Shown here: piece after piece, positions 8,444 to 17,344 of the stretch
How positions within the stretch are numbered: position 1 is the first letter of the stretch
How the letters are laid out: each line of letters opens with the position of its first letter
IMG/VR virus record: IMGVR_UViG_3300034091_000309
Length of the DNA: 38,660 nucleotides
Reading direction: 5' to 3' (one strand)
DNA from: a virus
Taxonomy: Duplodnaviria > Heunggongvirae > Uroviricota > Caudoviricetes
Notes under the pieces: generated by a model
What the model was told of the DNA's origin: nothing
What the model saw: only the letters and a program-made list of their open reading frames with translations
Databases searched by the model: none
Made by a program: the position numbers and the translations under genes

Positions 8444-8793
8444 TGGAGGAGCAGGAAGGACGGCTGGTGGCGGCGTTGGAGATGATCGCACAGGCATTGG
8501 CGGGAATAGATGAAACCAAACGGAGAGAATTCGGACGGCGGTGGCCGGAACCTAAAGAAAAACGGGATGCAGTTGTCACTCGTATCCCCACCGAAGAAGA
8601 CCGCATCCGGGAAAATCACGGCGCCAGCGGCGGAAGCCTCGAAGAGTGGCTTGGCGGACTCGAAAACGAGCCCTTCATTGGTGATCGGGAGCGACAGTAC
8701 CTCGAAGGCCAGCGCTCCCCTGCCGGTTCCCAAGCCGCTCAAGGAGAGCAACCGGCTGGCGGAGGCGCTGCGGCGGCTGAAGGTCAAGCGTGA
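8440..8793 (+). CDS. Hypothetical protein overlapping the next gene
   Basis: ATGA coupling and SD ggag; helical N-terminus. Confidence 0.6.
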   Translation: MMEEQEGRLVAALEMIAQALAGIDETKRREFGRRWPEPKEKRDAVVTRIPTEEDRIRENHGASGGSLEEWLGGLENEPFIGDRERQYLEGQRSPAGSQAAQGEQPAGGGAAAAEGQA

Positions 8794-9361
8794 GACGCTG
8801 GAAAGGGCTCCGGAGATCACGCCGCTCTTCAACCAGGCCGAAGGAGGGTTGCAGGCGGTGCTGGGCGCCATGCGCTTTGCCGCTCAGGACGAGGTGATCG
8901 CGGCCTTCCTCAAAAAGTACGACGCGATTCCAGCCGGAGACCGGCAGAGCTTGCCCTGGGAGGCGATCGCCATCGCGGCCAATGTGGATTTGCGCCATTT
9001 GGCCGGGGCGATTCTCTTCGCTCTCAGAGAGATGAGCGTGAATTCGGTGAAGGTGATCGCTTTCTCGCAACACGCGGCCGTGATGCGCAAGACCATTGAG
9101 TACGCGATGATGCCCAGCGGGGACAAGGACAGGATGCTGGTGCACCGCGGCCTGGGCTTCCTGCCCGACCCCAAAGGCCCGACCTTCATCGGCAAGGCGG
9201 TCTTCGGAGCGGCGGGCAGGGAAAAGGAGGAGCCCGATCTGGCGGCCACCTTCGACGGGGACGACGATCTGGACCAGCTCTTCCCGCCAGCCAATCTCAT
9301 CGAGGAGAAGCTGGTGCCGATCCGGCAGAGGCTGCTTCCAGAGGTCAGGAATCAGAAATAA
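8510..9361 (+). CDS. Hypothetical helical protein, possible terminase small subunit (start uncertain)
   Basis: Good GC3 bias from about 8715 onward; lies upstream of TerL; TerS call is positional only. Confidence 0.55.
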   Translation: MKPNGENSDGGGRNLKKNGMQLSLVSPPKKTASGKITAPAAEASKSGLADSKTSPSLVIGSDSTSKASAPLPVPKPLKESNRLAEALRRLKVKRETLERAPEITPLFNQAEGGLQAVLGAMRFAAQDEVIAAFLKKYDAIPAGDRQSLPWEAIAIAANVDLRHLAGAILFALREMSVNSVKVIAFSQHAAVMRKTIEYAMMPSGDKDRMLVHRGLGFLPDPKGPTFIGKAVFGAAGREKEEPDLAATFDGDDDLDQLFPPANLIEEKLVPIRQRLLPEVRNQK

Positions 9362-9363
9362 CC

Positions 9364-10419
9364 ATGCCGACCAAGATTGAGTGGACGCGGAATGCGGACG
9401 GCTCCCAGGGAGAGAGCTGGAACCCGATTCGCGCCCGTAACAAAGCCACAGGGAAGCAAGGCCACTACTGCCAGAGGATTTCGCCCGGCTGCACACACTG
9501 CTACGCTGCGGCCATGAACATCTGGCGCGGCAACGGCGTGGACTACACTGTGCCCGGCCTGGACGAGGTGGAGCTGTATCTGGACAAAAAGGTGCTGATG
9601 CAGCCGCTCGGCTGGCGCAAGCCGCGCAATATCTTCGTCTGCTCCATGACGGACCTCTTCGCGGAGTTCGTGCCGGAGGAATGGATCGCGCAGGTTTATG
9701 CGGTCGAAGCCCTCTGCGCACGGCACACCTTTATGCACTTGACTAAGCGGCCTGAGCGGCGCCAGAGTTTCCTGACCCGGTTCGAGAACGCGGGTGAATG
9801 GGCACAATATCTTTCCTTCTTGGCGGACGAAGACGGTGTTTTATGGGAGGCCAAAGCTAAGTGCCACATCACCAACGCAATCAACGGAGTCCTTGCCGAG
9901 GGCTGCAACGTTGGCTGGCCGATGAAGAACGTCCGTGAGGGCGTATCGGTATGCACCCAAAAGGAGGCCGATGATCTGATTCCGGTGCTGCTGGCGACGC
10001 CGGCAAGTTGCCGCTTTGTCAGCGCCGAGCCGCTGCTGGAGGCAATCAATCTGGACTGCCTCACCCGGCGGGTCTGGGTCGGATTCGAGGAATTTACAGC
10101 ACCGATGAACGCGCTTTACCAGGGTTTTGCCGACCATCTGGACTGGGTCATCTGCGGCTTCGAGAGCGGACGGAAGGCGCGTTTCGTGGAATCGGCCGTT
10201 GAAATAGCCAGGAGTCTGCGAGACCAGTGCGCGGCGACCGGAGTGCCATTTTTCTTCAAGCAATGGGGTCTATGGTTGCCGCCCGGCCAGCGCGGGAGCT
10301 ATGGCGATGCGCTGGGAACATTTGAGAATGGAACCTGCAAGCCGATGCGCCTAACAAAGAAAACCGCCGGCGCACTGCTCGACGGCGTGGAGTACCGCGA
10401 GTTTCCAAAAGCGGCTTGA
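9364..10419 (+). CDS. DUF5131 (phage Gp37/Gp68) family protein
   Basis: TKIEWT..WNP..C-x6-CxxCYA, IFVCSMTDLF, LTKRP, FVSAEPLL, LDWVICGFESG, VPFFFKQWG, LLDG. Confidence 0.9.
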   Translation: MPTKIEWTRNADGSQGESWNPIRARNKATGKQGHYCQRISPGCTHCYAAAMNIWRGNGVDYTVPGLDEVELYLDKKVLMQPLGWRKPRNIFVCSMTDLFAEFVPEEWIAQVYAVEALCARHTFMHLTKRPERRQSFLTRFENAGEWAQYLSFLADEDGVLWEAKAKCHITNAINGVLAEGCNVGWPMKNVREGVSVCTQKEADDLIPVLLATPASCRFVSAEPLLEAINLDCLTRRVWVGFEEFTAPMNALYQGFADHLDWVICGFESGRKARFVESAVEIARSLRDQCAATGVPFFFKQWGLWLPPGQRGSYGDALGTFENGTCKPMRLTKKTAGALLDGVEYREFPKAA

Positions 10420-10444
10420 CAGCGGCGCCGATTCGGCATAGATG
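10416..10444 (+). promoter_or_regulatory. Candidate promoter with atypical -10
   Basis: TTGACA-N17-TAGATG(T). Confidence 0.45.
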
Positions 10445-10458
10445 TAAACAAGATAATC

Positions 10459-10532
10459 GAGCGACATGCCCCCGCCCCGGCGGAATCAGCAATGGCTCAA
10501 GAGCGAAATGGCTCTTGGGCCATTTCTGTTTT
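10459..10532 (+). promoter_or_regulatory. RNA switch-like leader, copy 1
   Basis: GAGCGACATGC-hairpin-AATCAGCAATGGCTCAAG-loop-CTTGGGCCATT-TCTGTTTT. Confidence 0.75.
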
Positions 10533-10542
10533 CAGCCAATTT

Positions 10543-10576
10543 CCACCCCACGGACGTGGACCTGTCCGTGGGGACC
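10543..10576 (+). repeat. CCACCCC..GACC..GGGGACC hairpin repeat
   Basis: ccccacggac gtggacct gtccgtgggg. Confidence 0.8.
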
Positions 10577-10594
10577 TCGGAGAAGGAGCATGTC

Positions 10595-10723
10595 ATGGCA
10601 AAACCAAAAGGCATCAAGGTAAACGCGCTGCAGTCCATCCACAACAAGAACGCGAAGAAGAATCTGGAGCGGGTGCACATGCTGGGCAAGCGGCACAGCA
10701 AATCGCACGCCAACAAAGGTTGA
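10595..10723 (+). CDS. Small Lys-rich basic protein (42 aa)
   Basis: SD aaggag; MAKPKGIKVNALQSIHNKNAKKNLERVHMLGKRHSKSHANKG. Confidence 0.7.
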   Translation: MAKPKGIKVNALQSIHNKNAKKNLERVHMLGKRHSKSHANKG

Positions 10724-10749
10724 GCAAATCCGCGTTCCGCGGTTTTGCG

Positions 10750-10820
10750 GTGAATGAGTGAACGAGTGAATCCGCTGCGGCGGACGCATTCACTTTTTCG
10801 CTTCTTCACTTTTTCACTCG
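10750..10820. repeat. Inverted array of GAGTGAA-type heptamers
   Basis: GTGAA units on the left arm, TTCAC units on the right arm, around a ccgctgcggcgg hairpin. Confidence 0.6.
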
Positions 10821-10836
10821 CCACCGACGGAGAGCG

Positions 10837-12978
10837 ATGTATTCGGAGCGCATCATACTCGCCAACCTGGACGAGTTCGCCGCCCGCGAGGGATGGAGGC
10901 CACAGTATCACTCCCTGGGCCAGATCGAGGAGTTCAAGGCCTACATCGACTCGCTCATCAAGATGGAGACCAACACCCGCAGCTCCTGGATTACCCTAGT
11001 CAAGACCATCAGCCAGAGGCGCCAGCAGGAGATCCGGCGCTGGATCGAGAACGAACAGGTCCTGTGCGCCCTGGACTCGAATTACTGGGAGAGCCGGTAC
11101 GCCTACGTCTGCGACGAGAAGGGCCATATCTTCAAATTCTGCAACCGCCAGTCGCAGGCGGTCTACGACTCGATCATTGCCGATTTCGACCTGAAACAGG
11201 TCTCGATCGAACTGCTGATCCTGAAGGCCCGGCAGGTGGGCATCACCACCAAAACGGCCCTGAAGTTCATCCACCGGCTGATGTTCATTCCCCATACCCA
11301 GGCCGTGATGGCCTCGGTGCAGGCCGACAAGTCGGAGCTGATCGGGCGCATTTTGGATACCGCCTACAACCGCTGCCCGTGGTGGCTGGTGCCGCGGAAG
11401 ATGCCCAAGGGCGCCTTTGACAATGGATCAATCCTCTCTATCCAGTCGGGAATGCAGGCCACGGGCATCGCCCAGGGGTGGACCCCGACCTGCATCCACA
11501 TATCCGAGTTGGCCGACATTCCCAAGCCCAAAAAAGTCATCGAAGAGGGGCTGCTGCCGGCCACGCACAGCAGCCGCAATCTCTTCATGGTCTTCGAAGG
11601 CACCGGAGGCGGGAATACCGGATGGCTGGCCGACAGTTGGCGCGACGCCAAAAAGAACTGGCCGAAGGGCCTGACGCGGCTCTGTCCGATCTTTATCCCC
11701 TGGCCGATGGCCACCGATCTCTATCCGGAGGCGGATTGGCTGCGCAAATGCCCGATTCCGGCAGGCTGGAGGCCGCTGGAAGAGACGCGCAAGCATGTTC
11801 TCCGCTGCGAACTGTATATCCGCAATACTCCCTACCTGGCCCAGATCGCCGGCGCGCATTGGCGGATGCCGCTGGAGCAGCAATGGTTCTGGGAGTTCGG
11901 GTACCGGGAGGCCTGCGAAAAGCATACGCAGAAGATCTGGTTCGCGCGGATGCCGGCGGACGACTTTGAGGCGCTGACCGGGGTGCATGACAGCGTCTTC
12001 GACCTGGAAACCATGCGAGAGATCGAAGAGCACGTATACGAGGTGCAAGGCGAGGGCGTGAAAAGAAGAAAGCCGGTGCAGACCTACGCCATCACCGGAG
12101 ATTCGATTGACGACGGCTTCGATCCGGAGGAGAGCGAGATCGATTGCGAACGGCCGCGCATCCGTGTGCATTGGGAATCGCACCGCGGGCAACGATATGA
12201 CTGGGTTTTGGTGCCGTTGAAGCCGGTAAACGAGGAGGTGGAGACGGACAGCTTTGACAAGCTGCTGGTCTTCGAGGAACCGCAGCCGGGCTACGACTAC
12301 AGTTGCGGCATCGATACGGCTGACGGGCTGGGCAAGGAGGACGAGGACCGGACCTGCGCCTCCATGACGCGGAACCGCTTTGGAGACGAGTTTGATTACC
12401 AAGTGGCCGAGCTTACCTCGAACCGGATCAACTCCGCCCAGATCGTGGGTTTTGCGGCCTGTATGGCCGCTTGGTACGGGGAGAATACGCGCGATCCGCG
12501 GGGGGTAAAGTTCTGCGTGGAGCAAATCAACCGGCCTGGCGATACCTGCCAGCACCAATTGAAGCTGATGGGCTTCCATTACCATCACAAGCCGCGGCGG
12601 TACGACAGCAAAAAAATCAGGGACGACAGCACCAAAAAAGAAGGCTGGTATTCGAATGTCTGGAGTGTGCCGATCCTGATGACGCGCTTCACGGAGGCGG
12701 TGAACGGCGGGTGGTACCGGCCGGCGTCGAAGTGGCTGATCGAGGAGCTGAAGATGCTGGAACGTCATGCGGCGGCAGGGAGGATCTCCAAGATGGAGCA
12801 CCGCAGCGGACAGCACGATGACCGGGTGCGGGCGGCGGCGCAATCGTTCTTCACCGCGCACGATTTCGACATTCTGGCCGAGCGGGCGCAAAAGCGGTAT
12901 GCGCTGCCAGCAGAAAAGAATCCGCCGCTGAGCCGGGCGGTGTGCTCGATGAGCGCGGTGAGTGTGGGGGAGTGGTAA
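10837..12978 (+). CDS. terL: Terminase large subunit
   Basis: Walker A-like ILKARQVGITT, HISELA, C-terminal RNase H-like GIDTADG and HDDRV; position upstream of the portal. Confidence 0.9.
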   Translation: MYSERIILANLDEFAAREGWRPQYHSLGQIEEFKAYIDSLIKMETNTRSSWITLVKTISQRRQQEIRRWIENEQVLCALDSNYWESRYAYVCDEKGHIFKFCNRQSQAVYDSIIADFDLKQVSIELLILKARQVGITTKTALKFIHRLMFIPHTQAVMASVQADKSELIGRILDTAYNRCPWWLVPRKMPKGAFDNGSILSIQSGMQATGIAQGWTPTCIHISELADIPKPKKVIEEGLLPATHSSRNLFMVFEGTGGGNTGWLADSWRDAKKNWPKGLTRLCPIFIPWPMATDLYPEADWLRKCPIPAGWRPLEETRKHVLRCELYIRNTPYLAQIAGAHWRMPLEQQWFWEFGYREACEKHTQKIWFARMPADDFEALTGVHDSVFDLETMREIEEHVYEVQGEGVKRRKPVQTYAITGDSIDDGFDPEESEIDCERPRIRVHWESHRGQRYDWVLVPLKPVNEEVETDSFDKLLVFEEPQPGYDYSCGIDTADGLGKEDEDRTCASMTRNRFGDEFDYQVAELTSNRINSAQIVGFAACMAAWYGENTRDPRGVKFCVEQINRPGDTCQHQLKLMGFHYHHKPRRYDSKKIRDDSTKKEGWYSNVWSVPILMTRFTEAVNGGWYRPASKWLIEELKMLERHAAAGRISKMEHRSGQHDDRVRAAAQSFFTAHDFDILAERAQKRYALPAEKNPPLSRAVCSMSAVSVGEW

Positions 12979-13028
12979 TGGGCAGGGAACGAGTGAAAAA
13001 GTGAACGAGTAAATCGGGAGAAGAGGCG

Positions 13029-13673
13029 ATGCGATTTTTTGATTTGCAGAGGCGGAATGACAATCGGGAGCGAAGCGTTACCTTGCGGACGCCATGGCTA
13101 ACCGTTGTTTTCGATTGGGGAACCACGCTCTGCGTCCAGGAAAAATCGGATGAACCGGTTTTTAGGCGTTTATGGGGACCGGTCTTTTATTTTGGGTGGG
13201 ATGCGGCAGGCCGGCTGGATCGGCTGCGCTGTTTTGATTGTTTTCTTTTTTCAACTCTGGATGCCCAGAGCAAGAAAAACGAAAGATTCTGGAACGGTCT
13301 TCGCCGTGATTTCAAAAGGAAGATGCGGGAGATCGATAAGGGCCAACGGCAGCACCCGGCGATGATGACACCGATGGAAAGGCATCAGGCAACCGCCAAA
13401 GTGGCGCAAAAGTTGAAATGGAGCAAGACGTTCGTGGAGATGATGACAACGCCGATGGCGCTACGCGCGTTGGAAAGCGGCAGTGAAGCCAAGAGCGAAT
13501 GCGGTGATCGGCTGTGTCTAGGCGCAGGATTTTTTACGCACATAGATGAATCGGGAAAAGTAACCACGATCAGGATGGACGAAAAATGCTTGACGCGGGA
13601 GGATTTTCAACGGATGCGATTGGAATGGAAGCATGAGCAGGTGATCGAGCAACTTCCAGCGCCGGAGGCGTGA
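13029..13673 (+). CDS. Hypothetical protein
   Basis: 214 aa, SD gagg, coupled to the next gene. Confidence 0.65.
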   Translation: MRFFDLQRRNDNRERSVTLRTPWLTVVFDWGTTLCVQEKSDEPVFRRLWGPVFYFGWDAAGRLDRLRCFDCFLFSTLDAQSKKNERFWNGLRRDFKRKMREIDKGQRQHPAMMTPMERHQATAKVAQKLKWSKTFVEMMTTPMALRALESGSEAKSECGDRLCLGAGFFTHIDESGKVTTIRMDEKCLTREDFQRMRLEWKHEQVIEQLPAPEA

Positions 13674-14062
13674 TGAGCGCGCAACTGAGAACAAAGATCG
13701 TGTACTGGCGGAATCCGCTCAACCGGGAGTTGCGGATGGGACTTCCCGAGCAGTATCCGGCGCCATGGGGATGGGAAAAGATCATCTGTGGCTCCGCCCT
13801 GGCGGCGGAGTATTGGTCGAATGAAATGCGCAAGCAGGAGAGGATTCGCGAGGAGGTCGAGGAAGAGCAGCGGGAGGCGATCGAAGGACCGATGCGGAAG
13901 CAGCTCCGGCTGCACATGCTGAACCTGATGGCCAATGCGCGGAACCAAGTCAACCGGGATTTTCTGGCGCGGCACCTGGAACTCTACGACAAACGGGGGG
14001 ACAGGACGAAGACGAAGCGGGAGAGTTATCTGCACGCGGAGGCGTATGAGCATGGTCATTGA
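13670..14062 (+). CDS. Hypothetical protein
   Basis: 130 aa, charged helical composition. Confidence 0.75.
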   Translation: MMSAQLRTKIVYWRNPLNRELRMGLPEQYPAPWGWEKIICGSALAAEYWSNEMRKQERIREEVEEEQREAIEGPMRKQLRLHMLNLMANARNQVNRDFLARHLELYDKRGDRTKTKRESYLHAEAYEHGH

Positions 14063-14141
14063 ACAGTGAAGAGTGTGGGTGAACAGTGCGAGTGCGCGGC
14101 AAACTGACGACTCACACTCACACGATTCACTATTTTTGGCG

Positions 14142-14170
14142 TAGACGCACAAGCATTTTTGCTCTATGGT
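14142..14170 (+). promoter_or_regulatory. Candidate sigma70 promoter for the portal gene
   Basis: TAGACG-N17-TATGGT. Confidence 0.5.
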
Positions 14171-14247
14171 GCGCATAATGTTGGGCTTTTGCGGCGAAGC
14201 CGCTTTCGCCGGTGCGGCCAGCACTACCGAGGAGAAAGCGATGATGC

Positions 14248-16341
14248 ATGGAACCGGAGACTGTTCAGTGGCAGGTGCCGAAGTTCGAAACCTCTCCACA
14301 GACCCGCGTCGGCTGGGTTGAGGAACAGATTCAGGAGGGCGAGGGCTTTCTCGAAGGCCAAAGCTGCTACAAGAATCTGGGCGCGAACCTGCGCATCTTC
14401 GACGCCATCTTCCGGGATAAATCCCGCTCTACGCTCATTACCAACGAGCTGAAATACGATATCCGCAAGTTCTGCGAGACTCTGGCCGAGGTGCGCGAGA
14501 TTGCCGGCTACGGGTCGGACATCCCGGTCTACAAGCAAATGGCGGAGATGCTGACCAAGGTCTCCAAGGCGGTCTACCTCGAATCCGATTTTCCTTTCCA
14601 GATCCTCAAGGTCCTGCAATATGCCGCAGTGATGGGCATCGGCTATCTGTGGCCCAAAGTGCGGTGCGATGAGTACGGCTGGGGTGAGCGCCAGATGGTC
14701 TTTGATGCGCTGGGTCTGCTGGACGTGATCCCGGTGCAGATGCCGAAGTCGAACAATGTGCAGGATGCCTACGCCGTGACCATCTACGACTACATGCCGA
14801 TCGCGGAGGCGCATGGGCGCTTTCCGCTCTTTCAGGGACAACTTCAGGCGGTGGGTCCGCGCAACTACAAGAGCCAGATGCAGGCGCGGAGACTGGATTT
14901 TACCGAGAGATATAGGTACGGCGAGCAGGGGCGGAGCTTCGGCAACCTCTACACCGAGATCCGCTATACCTTCGTGCGCGACCTGCGGATCAACAATACG
15001 GGATTCGAGCTGCCAATGGGCGATCCCGGCACGACTTGGTTCTACAAAGTGCCCTTTATCAACCAGGAGATCTTCGGGGGGATGCGCAACGGGCAGCCGA
15101 CGATGCGGCCGGCGACGGTGGAAGATTGCCGGGTCTACCCTAACCTGCGACTCATCATTACCGCCTCGGGGCTGGACAGGCCAATGTACGACGGCCCGGC
15201 CTTCGATTGGGATGGCAAGATTCCGGTGATCCAGTACACGGTGGACGACTGGGCCTGGGAGCCGCTGGGGCGGTCGCTGGTGGGCGACGTGGCCGCGATC
15301 GAGACGACGACGCGCAAGATCGAGCGCAAGATCGATCAGGTCATCACCGTGACGCTGAACCCGCCCTTGGGTTACGACCACACAATGACCGGGGGACCGA
15401 AGATTGAGCATTTCGACATCTTCGAGGAGGACGTGCGCGTGGGCGTGGATGGCAAGCCCAAGGAGACGCTGCAATCCGTCCTGCCGGAAGAGGTTCGGGT
15501 GCAGAGTGAGCACTTCAAGTTCCTAGAGTATCTGAAACTCTGCAAGCAGTCCCAGCTCGGTCTGCAGGACCTGGGCAACCTGCAGAACATGAAGATGAAC
15601 ATCGCCAACGAGACGGCGGACAAGATGCTGGAGTCGATCGGGCCCATCGCCAAGGGGATCGCGGCGCGCATCGAAAAGGGCAACAAGGCCATAGGCTACC
15701 GCATGAAGTTTCTCATCCTGCAGTGGTTCAATGCGCAGCGGATCATGGAGTACGTGGGACCTGATTCGATGGCCCGCGAAGTCTTCGATTTCAATCCCGA
15801 CGAGCTGGTGCCGAGCCATCTGCCGGACGAGATGGTGAACGGAAACTTTCCCGAGTCGCCCTCGCGATATGACCAGTTGACGCGGGCGCGCTGGTTCGCC
15901 CGGCAGATCCGGCTGGTATCGGTGCCCAGCACTCTGCTGCGCATTACGCAGATGCAGGAACAGTTGAAGTACCTGCAGTTGAAGCGCAGCAACGCCCCCA
16001 TCTCATGGTCCACGGTGATGAAAAAGCTGGATGTACAGAACTATGGGGAGATCGCCGGCAACACGGAACGGGAAAAGTGGTTCAACGAGGAGCTGGAGAC
16101 GCAGAAGCTGCAAATCCTGGCGCAGGTGCAGGCGATGCTCTTCCTGAAGCAGTTGGGCATCGACCCCTCCCAGCTTCCCGGCGCTCAGGCGCCTAGCGGG
16201 GCAGGCGGTAAAGGCGGAGGTGGCAAAGGTGGCGGCGGCAAAGGCGGCGGCGGGCGCCGCCCCAGCGGCCAGAAAGGGCCGAGGATCAAGCAGAAAGGGT
16301 TACAGGGCGGGGAGCCGCGGACGGTGGTGACGGAATCGTGA
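14248..16341 (+). CDS. Portal protein
   Basis: 697 aa between TerL and scaffold/MCP; WEPLGRSLVGDV, coiled-coil ERKIDQ, late segment RMKFLILQWF; Gly/Lys-rich tail. Confidence 0.8.
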   Translation: MEPETVQWQVPKFETSPQTRVGWVEEQIQEGEGFLEGQSCYKNLGANLRIFDAIFRDKSRSTLITNELKYDIRKFCETLAEVREIAGYGSDIPVYKQMAEMLTKVSKAVYLESDFPFQILKVLQYAAVMGIGYLWPKVRCDEYGWGERQMVFDALGLLDVIPVQMPKSNNVQDAYAVTIYDYMPIAEAHGRFPLFQGQLQAVGPRNYKSQMQARRLDFTERYRYGEQGRSFGNLYTEIRYTFVRDLRINNTGFELPMGDPGTTWFYKVPFINQEIFGGMRNGQPTMRPATVEDCRVYPNLRLIITASGLDRPMYDGPAFDWDGKIPVIQYTVDDWAWEPLGRSLVGDVAAIETTTRKIERKIDQVITVTLNPPLGYDHTMTGGPKIEHFDIFEEDVRVGVDGKPKETLQSVLPEEVRVQSEHFKFLEYLKLCKQSQLGLQDLGNLQNMKMNIANETADKMLESIGPIAKGIAARIEKGNKAIGYRMKFLILQWFNAQRIMEYVGPDSMAREVFDFNPDELVPSHLPDEMVNGNFPESPSRYDQLTRARWFARQIRLVSVPSTLLRITQMQEQLKYLQLKRSNAPISWSTVMKKLDVQNYGEIAGNTEREKWFNEELETQKLQILAQVQAMLFLKQLGIDPSQLPGAQAPSGAGGKGGGGKGGGGKGGGGRRPSGQKGPRIKQKGLQGGEPRTVVTES

Positions 16342-16390
16342 GCGGCAAAGCCGCGCACGACAGGCAATAGCTAAGCCCCGGAGGGCAACT

Positions 16391-16630
16391 ATGGCGGTGA
16401 AGATCAAAGTGCAAAAGAATTACTACCTGACCGAAGTGAGCATGGAACTGCCTACCGACTTGGGGGCGCTGGACGATCTGCTCAAAGCGACCAGGGCGAC
16501 AGGCAGGATTGTGGGATTGTACAACATGGGCGGTGTCATGGGGGTCAACGTGGAGCAGCGGACAAAGATTCCCGAGGGCGTGGATGACCAGGTGCGGGCC
16601 CTGATCGGCATCGGCACAAAAATTTTGTGA
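16391..16630 (+). CDS. Hypothetical protein
   Basis: 79 aa, SD ggaggg. Confidence 0.7.
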   Translation: MAVKIKVQKNYYLTEVSMELPTDLGALDDLLKATRATGRIVGLYNMGGVMGVNVEQRTKIPEGVDDQVRALIGIGTKIL

Positions 16631-16638
16631 AATAGGAC

Positions 16639-16667
16639 TTGACATGAAAAAAGATACGGCCTACAGG
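16639..16667 (+). promoter_or_regulatory. Candidate promoter with atypical -10
   Basis: TTGACA-N17-TACAGG(T). Confidence 0.45.
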
Positions 16668-16683
16668 TAGTAAAGAACTGCGT

Positions 16684-16758
16684 GAGCAACATGCAACCCC
16701 TCCTTGGGGAAGACGCAATGGCTCAAGACCGAGATGGCCTTGGGCCATTTCCATTTTC
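16684..16758 (+). promoter_or_regulatory. RNA switch-like leader, copy 2
   Basis: GAGCAACATGC-CCCC/GGGG-AAGACGCAATGGCTCAAG-loop-CTTGGGCCATT-TCCATTTT. Confidence 0.75.
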
Positions 16759-16779
16759 AGCAACCAAGGAGAAGAGATC

Positions 16780-16884
16780 ATGGCACATCGCAAGCGTGTA
16801 AGCGCAAAGGGCGCCCATCTGAAGAAGGCTCGCGGCAAGCGTGGCCGCAAGCGCGGCGGCAAGAAGACGGCAGTCAAGGCCTAA
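16780..16884 (+). CDS. 34-aa protamine-like basic peptide (below the ORF-track cutoff)
   Basis: SD aaggag; MAHRKRVSAKGAHLKKARGKRGRKRGGKKTAVKA, 15 K/R and no acidic residue. Confidence 0.75.
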   Translation: MAHRKRVSAKGAHLKKARGKRGRKRGGKKTAVKA

Positions 16885-16912
16885 CCAACCCAACGGCATG
16901 AACCCGCCGTTC

Positions 16913-16949
16913 CCGCCCCAAGAATCGAAGACCAATTCTTGGGGACCCC
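16913..16949 (+). repeat. Hairpin repeat copy
   Basis: ccccaagaat cgaagacca attcttgggg acccc. Confidence 0.7.
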
Positions 16950-16995
16950 GATAGTTGGGAACCCCGACGACGGGTTCTCCGACAGAGAGAACCAA

Positions 16996-17292
16996 ATGGC
17001 TACGACTCCCCAACCAACTCCAGACCAGCAGGGCCAGGGCGCCGCTCCTCCGATGGACAGCGGCGCTCCCCCGCAGGGTCCCTCTCCGCAGGGCGGCGCT
17101 TCGCAGGCTCCCGCCAATCCCCTCCAAATGCTGCTCGCGCGCTGGTACCAGACGGCTAAGCAGATGGCTGCCTCAGACCCGCGGATAGCTGCCGGCATGG
17201 AGAAGGTGGCGCAGGGAATTCAGGAGGCGCAGACAGCGCTGGTCAGTCCTCCACAACCAACCCCTATCGGGCAGCAACCGCAATACAGTTAG
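16996..17292 (+). CDS. Pro/Gln-rich hypothetical head-assembly-region protein
   Basis: ATG at 16996; disordered ends with a central helix. Confidence 0.7.
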   Translation: MATTPQPTPDQQGQGAAPPMDSGAPPQGPSPQGGASQAPANPLQMLLARWYQTAKQMAASDPRIAAGMEKVAQGIQEAQTALVSPPQPTPIGQQPQYS

Positions 17293-17344
17293 CAGCCGAC
17301 AGCGGACAGTGAACAGTTAAAAGATTCCGGGAGAAGAAGAGAGT

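Noticed and set aside
10487-10500. AGC-AAUG-GCU as an ANTAR hairpin
   Set aside because: The loop is 4 nt rather than 6, and there is no tandem second hairpin
8675-15513. Long minus-strand ORFs (8675-9721, 11428-12891, 14224-15513)
   Set aside because: They are shadows of high-GC3 genes (DUF5131, TerL, portal)
16684-16749. Resemblance of switch copy 2 to the c-di-GMP-I riboswitch (GCAA.CC..GG.GACGCAA)
   Set aside because: There is no GNRA tetraloop/receptor pair, and the resemblance is absent in the other four copies
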